DNA of 64,000 bases from a virus (taxonomy: Duplodnaviria > Heunggongvirae > Uroviricota > Caudoviricetes), in IMG/VR virus record IMGVR_UViG_3300022751_000001, positions 14,950 through 78,949 of that record, one strand, 5' to 3'. The notes beneath the pieces were generated by a model, which was given only the letters and a program-made list of their open reading frames with translations, was not told the origin of the DNA and did no database searches. This document shows positions 56,183 through 64,000 of the stretch, piece after piece. A program made the translations under genes and the position numbers. How positions within the stretch are numbered: position 1 is the stretch's first letter; each line of letters starts with the position of its first letter.

Positions 56183-56956
56183 TTAGAATAGCCCTTGTAC
56201 GAACTTCAGAATACCACCGATAAGACCTGTATCTTCTTCTGGCGCTGGGGCTGGAGTAGGATTTGTGGTGTTATTTGTAGTCGTGTTGTTCGTAGTTGAG
56301 TTGTTTGTTACAGGTGCAGAGGTCGTATTTCGAGAGGTATTGTTATTCGTTGTGCTTGGAGCTGGGGTTGTTGCACCCGCTGATTCAAGCTGGCGAATCT
56401 TTTCTTCGAGAGCCTCTACTTGTTGTCGCACAGTTGCAGGGTCAAGTGATGCTTCTTCGACTGTAAATGTAACAGTTCGGTTTCGCTCACAGTGATCTCG
56501 CCATAGAATTACGTCAGTGTAACATACGTCGAAGTTGAGGTAACAGTCGCGTGGTAGGCCATCGAATTGCGTTACGTCAGGGATAACGATTGCGTTATCT
56601 CGAGGTGGGTTCACCCCGTTAGGTCGGGTCGCAGGGATCGAGTCGAGCTGGATTTCACGTGCGTCACGCCCACCAGTTGCTTCACAGATAATAGTACGAA
56701 TACTTGTACCTGTAGCGTTAATCAGCTTAGTCGACTGACTTTGGAAGACAAGTGTGTCACCTGGATTAAATACAGGCTTGTCACCGTTATAGTTTTTAAC
56801 ATCTGTAATCTCTATTTTCCAGTCAACCAAAACATCAATCGGTTTGTTCATCAGATAGATGAAGCCCCCAAGAATGATTAAGATAAATGATAGGTTAATT
56901 AGTACAAGGGGACGGTGTGTGACCCAAGCCCACCAGCCGATTAGTTTTAGTTTCAT
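56183..56956 (-). CDS. membrane-anchored protein with Thr/Asn-rich low-complexity tail
   Basis: N-terminal signal anchor (LVLINLSFILIILGGFIYL); C-terminal PAPSTTNNNTSRNTTSAPVTNNSTTNNTTTNNTTNPTPAPAP. Confidence 0.45.
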   Translation of the reverse strand: MKLKLIGWWAWVTHRPLVLINLSFILIILGGFIYLMNKPIDVLVDWKIEITDVKNYNGDKPVFNPGDTLVFQSQSTKLINATGTSIRTIICEATGGRDAREIQLDSIPATRPNGVNPPRDNAIVIPDVTQFDGLPRDCYLNFDVCYTDVILWRDHCERNRTVTFTVEEASLDPATVRQQVEALEEKIRQLESAGATTPAPSTTNNNTSRNTTSAPVTNNSTTNNTTTNNTTNPTPAPAPEEDTGLIGGILKFVQGLF

Positions 56957-56961
56957 AGTGA

Positions 56962-57171
56962 TTACAATGTTCCTTTTGCTAGGAAATAGATTCCCGCTGC
57001 GACTATTGCGGCAAGCACCACCGTAATAATTCGGTTATTTAGTAGTGACGCAAGGGTGATTCCGCTTTTATTAGCGTCAACAAACTGCTTCACCTCCGTA
57101 AGCTGTGGAATAATGATCTTGTCTTGATTAAACTCAAGCTCACTAATACGGTCTGTGTTACTTTTTGCCAT
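56962..57171 (-). CDS. hypothetical small membrane protein
   Basis: 69 aa, C-terminal TM helix (IITVVLAAIVAAGIYFLA). Confidence 0.4.
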   Translation of the reverse strand: MAKSNTDRISELEFNQDKIIIPQLTEVKQFVDANKSGITLASLLNNRIITVVLAAIVAAGIYFLAKGTL

Positions 57172-57280
57172 TTAATTTACCCAGCCACGCTGGTCTCTTG
57201 CGCTTTCTACTATAATGTGGTGCCACTTAATTGATGTTTGTGTTTGTTCACTCATTATTATAGCGGGAGGTCGGATATAG

Positions 57281-58426
57281 CTAGGCTAGGTGGTCGAGGT
57301 GGTGAGAGGGGTTATACCAACCATCAGTCTTGAGATCGTGTAGCCGAGAAAGGTAAGCGTCGAACTGTAAAGCAACAGGTTCAAGAGAGAAACGTTCTTG
57401 TGCGCGTTTACGAATAACACGACGTTGCGCGGTCGTAAAGTTTTCAGTTCTACGTACAGCTTCTAAGAAGTCACCGAACGTGTTACAGCGGTAACCGTCG
57501 ACACCTTGTAGCACTGTTTGCGCGAAGATACCGAAGTTTGTCGTGATGACAGGGGTACCAGATAATAGCGATTCAACGTGGACGTTACCGCCAGGTTCAA
57601 GATAAGTGGTAGGCATAAGTACGGCATCAGCGCGACTCATAAGTCGACCGCGTTCTTTAACACCGATTGTACCGATATATTCACCGTAACCAGTGAACTC
57701 TTGCCCTTCATTAAGCTGCCCAGCGATAATAAGACGCTTGCCGAGCTTTTCTGCGACTTGTTGAGCGATGTTATAACCCTTACGGTCAATCAAGCGACCG
57801 ATGTAGAGTAGATAATTACCCTTTTTGTCACCACGTTTCACTGCAAACGGGAACTGTTCTTTAGGGTGGTAAGGTGGAATCACTGCGTCGTAGAACTTTC
57901 CGTCATCATCGTGTCGTTCACCGTACACATAGTGTTGGTGAGTGATAGATTCGAACACCTTGTAGGGTGAATAAACACCTGTGTAGCCAATAAATAGCTC
58001 TGGTGCAATCAGATTAGGGATAGCATCAGTGACTTGTTTCTGACAATAGCCCGCTAAAACACCGAACAGAACGTCTTCGTCTGGGTGTTCTTTGATGTAA
58101 TCCTGCAAGAAGGTGATAGTTCGCTTGTTGTAGAGCTGCCAGTGAGCGTCTGTAGGCTCCCAAGTAAGGTTGTACATCGTCTTTTTGTACGCGAGCGGGT
58201 CACCGAAGAATTTTTCTTGCTCTTTCTTCGTGATAATAGGCACGTGTGAGTGACCGTGTTCGACAATATCGCACTCTTCACCACCCAAAGTAATGACTTT
58301 ATAGCCAATGCGAGCCATCATAATAGCAAAATTGCGCACCTTAGATTGGTACGCGTCGCTGGAGTATTCTGTGGTCAGGTGGGTGTGTGGTAGTCCTGCG
58401 ACTACGATAGTGAATTTATCGCTCAT
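57281..58426 (-). CDS. glycosyltransferase, GT-B fold (GT1/GT4-like)
   Basis: C-terminal EPGGNVHVESLLSGTPVITTNFG (E-x7-E-like nucleotide-sugar binding motif); 381 aa. Confidence 0.65.
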   Translation of the reverse strand: MSDKFTIVVAGLPHTHLTTEYSSDAYQSKVRNFAIMMARIGYKVITLGGEECDIVEHGHSHVPIITKKEQEKFFGDPLAYKKTMYNLTWEPTDAHWQLYNKRTITFLQDYIKEHPDEDVLFGVLAGYCQKQVTDAIPNLIAPELFIGYTGVYSPYKVFESITHQHYVYGERHDDDGKFYDAVIPPYHPKEQFPFAVKRGDKKGNYLLYIGRLIDRKGYNIAQQVAEKLGKRLIIAGQLNEGQEFTGYGEYIGTIGVKERGRLMSRADAVLMPTTYLEPGGNVHVESLLSGTPVITTNFGIFAQTVLQGVDGYRCNTFGDFLEAVRRTENFTTAQRRVIRKRAQERFSLEPVALQFDAYLSRLHDLKTDGWYNPSHHLDHLA

Positions 58427-58514
58427 ATATACTTATTATAATACAGGAAGACCAGTTATGCTATTTCGAGCGTAGAATGCGTCCTGCCGCTTCTCCTGCT
58501 GTCACAGACCCTAT

Positions 58515-59237
58515 TTAGAACGCACCACCAAGCAGATGAGGTGGCACACCTTTTGGTATATCTTCTGTGTATTCAAGGTCAAAGCGGTTCAAGAAGTCTT
58601 TGCGATTATTTCTCGCTTCGGGCACTATACTTTTTATAGCTTCATCGTCAAACTCTGAGTGAGCGAACGTCTCGAGCTTTTCACGAATCATTTCGTCACC
58701 ACCTAAACTCGAAAGGTGCCAACCGATTGCGTTACTCTTTGGCCATTGTGCGTACCAGCGAGCGTTAGAAGCCCCACCGACATCTTCATAGTCTTCGATA
58801 CGACCAATAACAGGTTGGTGGTCGGGTTGCCACTTCAGTACACCGCGCCAGTCTGCGTAAAAGTTGCGGTAATCGGTCAGTAGCGTGGTAGGTTTACCCC
58901 CTGCGGCTAGAATAGCAGCTGGGTGCGGTATCTCGTCACCGTCAGAAACGATATAGATTGCGTCAGGGTAGAGCTTATTAGCTTCAATAAGCACGCTGTC
59001 ACGCAACCACATCTCAGATTCCCACGGGTCTAACCCTTCAGGTATCGTAACAATCACGTCAATGACGTTTGGTAGGTCGAGTTTACGAACTTCGCGGGGT
59101 TTACCACGAAAAGTGTTGGTCGCTTGAACTGCAACGTGTTTGTCTACGGTGTTACCAAGAGTCGCGAGTCGTATTTTAACCGCATCGTATTCGTAACTCC
59201 ACATAAAAGCGTCAATTATCACAGTTCTATTCCCCAT
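58515..59237 (-). CDS. putative glycosyltransferase (DxD)
   Basis: IYIVSDGDEIP (DxD); 240 aa; overlaps the upstream GT gene by 19 nt. Confidence 0.45.
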   Translation of the reverse strand: MGNRTVIIDAFMWSYEYDAVKIRLATLGNTVDKHVAVQATNTFRGKPREVRKLDLPNVIDVIVTIPEGLDPWESEMWLRDSVLIEANKLYPDAIYIVSDGDEIPHPAAILAAGGKPTTLLTDYRNFYADWRGVLKWQPDHQPVIGRIEDYEDVGGASNARWYAQWPKSNAIGWHLSSLGGDEMIREKLETFAHSEFDDEAIKSIVPEARNNRKDFLNRFDLEYTEDIPKGVPPHLLGGAF

Positions 59238-59791
59238 TTATTCTGGTAGTATTCGCGGTCTAGAGCAATTTGATCTTGCATTCGACTCTGCGAGCTGTCA
59301 CCGTATTTGTTTTCAACCTTTTTAGACTCAAAGATAACGAACCCGTTAGCTTCTTCACACTGTCGCTGAATGTCGTCATCACCATACCACCAGACAAGGT
59401 TTTCGTCAGCGAGTATGTTGTGGTGGGGGTTAATTGCAAAAGCGTACCCCGAAATCATATAATACTGCCCTCGGTCTGCACTCGCACCTGAGTTACCGCC
59501 ACGAATAGCACTCACAGCTTGGTAGAGCCACCCGTCAGGTATAACTACATCATCGTTAAGAACAAGAATTACATCTGCGTCACCTTGGTCAAGGGCGTAT
59601 CGTATACCTCGGTTCCACCAACGAGAGATGTTAAAGGTCTCGTCGTATGTCCACGGGCCCTCAGCGTATACTTGAGCTTCTTCGCTGGTAGCAATAGTAA
59701 CGGGGGTCACCCCACTATTCGCACACCATTCGATTACGCTATGGTATTCTTTGGGTCGGTTACCTGTAGGTATTACTGCGTATATCTTCAT
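59219..59791 (-). CDS. glycosyltransferase family 2-like (GT-A)
   Basis: MKIYAVIPTGNRP...ADVILVLNDDVVIPDGW...WWYGDDD. Confidence 0.6.
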   Translation of the reverse strand: MKIYAVIPTGNRPKEYHSVIEWCANSGVTPVTIATSEEAQVYAEGPWTYDETFNISRWWNRGIRYALDQGDADVILVLNDDVVIPDGWLYQAVSAIRGGNSGASADRGQYYMISGYAFAINPHHNILADENLVWWYGDDDIQRQCEEANGFVIFESKKVENKYGDSSQSRMQDQIALDREYYQNKWGIEL

Positions 59792-60156
59792 CTCTTCGTC
59801 ATTATACCTTTACGTCGGTTGCACCTCAAGTGACACAGTGCGAGGTTTGAATATGAAGAAGTACCGCCTCTTGCGAGCGGTTTAATATGATCGACTGAGT
59901 ACATACCCGTCATCGGTGTCTTGCAAAGATAGCAAAGACGTTTCTGTTCGATTAGTTTCTTACGTCGCCATGTTTTGAATGCAGCGGTAAGTTTCTTGCG
60001 TTCGAATGCAGCTCGCCTCGCTCTTATCTGAGACGGGGTGAGCATACCGATGTCACGCTTTTTGCGTTGTACCCATTTAGAGCCAACCTTTACCCAGACC
60101 ACTTTAAATCCAAGCGGCTTTTGAAACAGGTACGAGTTGAATCTGAAACTCTTCAA
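59788..60156 (-). CDS. HNH endonuclease
   Basis: CYLCKTPMTGMYSVDHIKPLARGGTSSYSNLALCHLRCNRRKG. Confidence 0.7.
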   Translation of the reverse strand: MKSFRFNSYLFQKPLGFKVVWVKVGSKWVQRKKRDIGMLTPSQIRARRAAFERKKLTAAFKTWRRKKLIEQKRLCYLCKTPMTGMYSVDHIKPLARGGTSSYSNLALCHLRCNRRKGIMTKR

Positions 60157-60484
60157 GACGACAGATAGTGACTGCGTCTAGGGTTACGTCAGCCGCGTAG
60201 AACTTTGCGGTTTTCATTGTGCGAGTAGCGTTGTCGAAGAATGTCACGTTGAAGTACGGTACGTTGACCGCGTTAAGCAATTGCTGTGCTCGTTCAAGTG
60301 TGGTTACTGTGATTGTCACGTTTACGTTAGGGAAGATACCGATGAAGTTAGCGACAATGTCACCACTCATATTTCGGTATGCGTCTGACCAGAGCTTAGC
60401 GTATTGAATCTGCCATGCTTTGATCTCTGCGGTTCCTACCACTACACCGTTAATGGTGATTGGTTGGTCTGGTATGTTAGACAT
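60104..60484 (-). CDS. hypothetical tail-associated protein (immediately downstream of tape measure)
   Basis: 126 aa; position after the TMP suggests a distal-tail/assembly role, but it is small. Confidence 0.35.
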   Translation of the reverse strand: MSNIPDQPITINGVVVGTAEIKAWQIQYAKLWSDAYRNMSGDIVANFIGIFPNVNVTITVTTLERAQQLLNAVNVPYFNVTFFDNATRTMKTAKFYAADVTLDAVTICRLEEFQIQLVPVSKAAWI

Positions 60485-63400
60485 AAATTTGGTTTACTCC
60501 TGTCACCATTGTGCGGTCGTTAATTGAATTGCTGATAGCCCCACCAACTTTGTTACCGTCTAGGTATACGTTGATGACTGTTGGCCCATCGCTGCCCTTT
60601 GATTGACCGTTCAACTTAGAAGCAAGCTCGTCGATCCAACCAGTGTTGTTTTCGAGTGGCATTACGGCTTCACGTCCGTCTTCACCGAACATAGCGAGTG
60701 TCGCTTGGTCAACCACACCACCGCGAGCAAGTCGTGGGATAGATGGGAAGTTAGGTGATAGACCACCGATACCAGGGACGTTGTCTGGTACCTTAATCTT
60801 GTTGATTGATTTGATGACCCCGTTGATTGCGTCAATGATACCGTTGAAGACACCCTTAATGACACCAAGCACACCACTGAACACGTTTGTAATAGTATTC
60901 TTTAGGTTGTTGAATACCTGACTGATTGCGTTGCTTAATTGGTTGAACGCGTTTGCGATAGGGGCAACAACGTTGTTGTAGATCCAGTTGAAGATAGGCG
61001 ACATCACGCTAACGATTCTGCTGAAGATACCGCTTGCTACGTTGACGATTCCGTTCCATAGACCTGAGAAGGCACCCGCGATTGGGTCGATAATCTTAGT
61101 CTTGATCCAGTTGAAGAATGGTGACAAGAATGTCATTACTGCGTTGAACCCAGTGGTTACACCCGCAACGATACCGTTCCAGAGACCTGTGAAGAAGTTA
61201 GCAACTGGCGTGATTACGTTTACGAATACCCAGTTACCGAACATACCTAGTATCTGTGTGATGAATGACCACATAAGAATGAACGCGATTTGAATACCGC
61301 CCCATAGGTTAGCGAAGAACCCACCGATAGGCGTGATGATGTTTGTCATTATCCAGTTTGGTAGACCCGCTAGGGTGTTGAAGATAGTCGCTACCAGAGC
61401 AACGATTAAGACTACGATTGAAGCGAAGATTTGAGGGATAGGACCGAATGCACCTTCGAGTGCGAGCATGAAGACTTGACCGATTTGCGCACCAAGGTTC
61501 GTGAAGAACCCTACGATACCTTCGAAGATACCAGTGAACCACTTAGAGACAGCTTCCCAGTTAAAGATTAGAAGCAGTGCGGCTGTTAGAACTGCAGCGA
61601 TTGCCCAACCGATAGGACCGAACGCTTTCGCTACGTTTGCACCAACGGTCAGCACTGCTCGCAAGATAGTAGGTAAAGCTCTCAAGATGAGTGGACCAAT
61701 AGTCGTGAACACTCGAGCGATTTGAGGGCCTAGGTTAGTGAACACCGCGAGAATACGTGGACCGAGTGTCGTGAAGAACTTCACTAGGTTTGGCCCGAAG
61801 CTGCGTAGTGCGTTGATTGCTAGAGGACCTAGGTTCTTGAAGAAGTTAACGAAGTTTGCACCGAATACCGCAAGACCAGCACGAATAGCTGCCCATTGAG
61901 TAGGGAACCAACGAGTAAGTTGGTAAAGACCCGCGAGAACACCCGCAGGGATAATTAAGAAGTCCCACCAGTTGCTCTTAGGTGCGAGACCGTCGAGACC
62001 AGCAAGCATATTCTTGAGGTTATCTTTTAACTTACTGAAGTCAGGCAGAACAGGTTCAGTGATACCGAGGTCACCAAGACCACCACCACCGCCACCAGCA
62101 GCGTCAGCACCAGTAGGGCTGTTGATTACGTTCATCTTGTCGAATGCAGCTAGTTGCTTAGTGGCTTTCTTTGCAGCGTCACCAGCACCACCAAGGGCAC
62201 CTTCTACGTCACCGATACCAACAGCAGCGTTACCAGTTGATTCAGTAATACCGTCGAAGATTTCACCGAGTGCGTCAAGTGGACCTGTTGAAGGTGTTGC
62301 GCTGTTGAAGACACCGAACAGTGAGATAAGTGCGACAAGGGCAGCGACTACAAGCGCGATACGACCCGCAGTTGATACGAGTGCTCGCCCGAGTGCTAGA
62401 ACAGCGGCAGCGATACCGAGAATGACTGGAGTGACCGCAAGACCAACCGCTAAGAATATCGTGAACAATGTAATTGCTTGTGTCACTGATGGACCTAAGA
62501 AGTTCGCGATTGCTGTCGCAGTTTGAATGATTGCGTTAAGACCGATAAGCACCGCTTGAGCTAAACCGAAGAACAGCCGTGTAGCGATAACGAGTGCAGG
62601 TGCGATACCTTGACCAAGTACCTGTAGTAACTGTGCGAAGTTCGCTAGTAGTTGTCTGAACAGACCTTCGTTTTGTTGAACGAATTGAATTGCGATACCA
62701 AGAACACTCACGAGTGCTTGTTGCATGGCTGATGATGATGCGACTAGAGCCGCGAAGAGACCGACCAAGAGACCAGTACCGTAACCAATTTCACCAATCA
62801 AGTTACCGATGAACGGAATACGTGAGATCAAGTCTGTTGCGAATGCTAGGAACAGACCAGATAGAATTGCAACTACTTGCGGGTATTGTGATAGCAAGCT
62901 AAGCAGTGCACCAACCGCTTGACCGATTCTTTCGAAGGTCGCGACAACAAGTGGGTTTTCTACGAATGAAAGCAAGCTACTAAGTAGGTTCTTCAATCGA
63001 GAATAAAGACCGTCAACCGCAACGGTCATACCGTCTGTGGTTACAGTCACACCGAAGAATGCGAGACCGACACGCTTCAAGTTGTCTTGCAAGTTGTTCA
63101 AGATACCAGCGAATGTAGATGATTGCTTAATAGCACCTTGGAAGGCAATACCGCCTTCTTTGGTCAGGTTGTTCAATGCCTTAACGATGACTTCAGACGT
63201 TACTGAACCGTCACCGAATGCGCTACGAACTTCACCCGCGCTCTTGCCCATTGCTTCACCGATAGCTGAGATGAACCCAGGGAGTGAGTTTTGAATCTGC
63301 AAGAAGTCAGTACCAGTAGCTTTACCAGCACCGAAGATTTGAGAGAGAACGTAGTAGAAACGGTCTAGTTGGTCAGAAGATGCACCGAAGGCACCACCGA

Positions 63401-64000
63401 TGTCAGAGACACGTTGGATAACACCGAATGCTTGCGCACCAGTAAGACCTACCGATACGAGCTTTTGTTCGTAAGCGATAAGGCTTGCTGTGTCGTACGG
63501 TGTTGAGTTCGCGTATGTGTATAGGTCGAAGATCGCTTTACCAGCGGCTTCAGTACTTTGCAACAGGCTTTCAAGACCGAGTTGAGCAGACTCAATCAGC
63601 GAGATGGTTTTAAGAATAGGGATAGTCGCGAATGCTGCAACAGCTGCCGCAAGACCAAGACCCATACGAGAAATTTCACCAGTAGCGGTGCGAATGTTGT
63701 TACCGAATTGTAGAACGCTCTTGCTAGGGCCACTGAAGTTCTTACCAGCAACGTCGTTGAAGACTTTACCGAACCCTTGCATAACGTCACGCAGGTGAGA
63801 GGTTTGGTTCGCTGCTTTTTCAGCTTCGTCTTCTACTTGCTTGATACCCGCTGCGATTGTAGGAGCTAGACCAGCGAGACCACCGAATTGTGAACCAAGT
63901 TGGCCACCCAAAGAAGAAGCGGTATCTTGTATCGCTGTTCGTTGTCGTTCTAGCCAGTTGGTAGTGATTGAGCCCGCAGTAGCTGCGTCTGCACCCGTAC
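60477..64000 (-). CDS. tail tape measure protein, 5' end beyond the window
   Basis: ORF open to the window edge (no in-frame stop between 63911 and 64000); tandem ~11-aa (FxxNLGP...) and ~36-aa (NWI...ITPIxxFFxxLWNGI) repeats and hydrophobic helical segments typical of TMPs. Confidence 0.75.
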   Translation of the reverse strand, partial: TGADAATAGSITTNWLERQRTAIQDTASSLGGQLGSQFGGLAGLAPTIAAGIKQVEDEAEKAANQTSHLRDVMQGFGKVFNDVAGKNFSGPSKSVLQFGNNIRTATGEISRMGLGLAAAVAAFATIPILKTISLIESAQLGLESLLQSTEAAGKAIFDLYTYANSTPYDTASLIAYEQKLVSVGLTGAQAFGVIQRVSDIGGAFGASSDQLDRFYYVLSQIFGAGKATGTDFLQIQNSLPGFISAIGEAMGKSAGEVRSAFGDGSVTSEVIVKALNNLTKEGGIAFQGAIKQSSTFAGILNNLQDNLKRVGLAFFGVTVTTDGMTVAVDGLYSRLKNLLSSLLSFVENPLVVATFERIGQAVGALLSLLSQYPQVVAILSGLFLAFATDLISRIPFIGNLIGEIGYGTGLLVGLFAALVASSSAMQQALVSVLGIAIQFVQQNEGLFRQLLANFAQLLQVLGQGIAPALVIATRLFFGLAQAVLIGLNAIIQTATAIANFLGPSVTQAITLFTIFLAVGLAVTPVILGIAAAVLALGRALVSTAGRIALVVAALVALISLFGVFNSATPSTGPLDALGEIFDGITESTGNAAVGIGDVEGALGGAGDAAKKATKQLAAFDKMNVINSPTGADAAGGGGGGLGDLGITEPVLPDFSKLKDNLKNMLAGLDGLAPKSNWWDFLIIPAGVLAGLYQLTRWFPTQWAAIRAGLAVFGANFVNFFKNLGPLAINALRSFGPNLVKFFTTLGPRILAVFTNLGPQIARVFTTIGPLILRALPTILRAVLTVGANVAKAFGPIGWAIAAVLTAALLLIFNWEAVSKWFTGIFEGIVGFFTNLGAQIGQVFMLALEGAFGPIPQIFASIVVLIVALVATIFNTLAGLPNWIMTNIITPIGGFFANLWGGIQIAFILMWSFITQILGMFGNWVFVNVITPVANFFTGLWNGIVAGVTTGFNAVMTFLSPFFNWIKTKIIDPIAGAFSGLWNGIVNVASGIFSRIVSVMSPIFNWIYNNVVAPIANAFNQLSNAISQVFNNLKNTITNVFSGVLGVIKGVFNGIIDAINGVIKSINKIKVPDNVPGIGGLSPNFPSIPRLARGGVVDQATLAMFGEDGREAVMPLENNTGWIDELASKLNGQSKGSDGPTVINVYLDGNKVGGAISNSINDRTMVTGVNQIYV

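Noticed and set aside
60643-62526. ORFs inside and antisense to the tape-measure gene (60643-60921, 60988-61293, 61501-61725, 61972-62526 plus; 60662-60877, 61309-61542 minus)
   Set aside because: They are shadow ORFs of a long repeat-rich gene, with Pro/Ala/Ser-rich low-complexity translations.

Overview
This window reads as part of a large tailed-phage genome rather than a bacterial chromosome: gene-dense, blocks of genes on alternating strands, many small ORFs with ATGA/TAATG start-stop overlaps. No rRNA, CRISPR array, IS element or integrase is visible. Recognisable content, with the motifs seen in the translations: three large tail-fibre genes (3974-10892, minus strand), two of them paralogs sharing an N-terminal GxWSSPSTWxGGVxPG motif and one a 1289-aa collagen-like (G-X-Y) fibre; a terminase small/large subunit pair (26846-28827) followed by a Hint/intein-like ORF; a tape-measure protein truncated at the right edge (60477->64000); a recombination/replication module (Gp157-like, RecT-family, YqaJ exonuclease, SSB, RusA, DnaQ-like exonuclease, RecA-like Sak4-type ATPase); two lysins (Amidase_2, CHAP) with holin-like membrane proteins; at least seven glycosyltransferase-like genes, a Stealth-like sugar-phosphate transferase motif and an NAD-dependent epimerase; a T4-Pnk-like polynucleotide kinase/phosphatase; two calcineurin-like phosphoesterases; four HNH endonucleases (one with an AP2 domain); two ParB-like nuclease-domain proteins; LemA, SPFH/band-7, a MucR/Ros-type zinc finger and a glutaredoxin. 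A roughly 3.5-kb minus-strand tRNA array (40147-43691) holds about 22 canonical tRNAs plus several aberrant or tRNA-like elements and a ~580-bp structured non-coding island. The most unusual items are that tRNA array (including a type-II tRNA carrying a CAU anticodon and CCA-terminated tRNA-like repeats), the dispersed glycosylation toolkit, and the Hint-domain ORF after TerL. All calls are from reading translations and motifs by eye; no searches were run.
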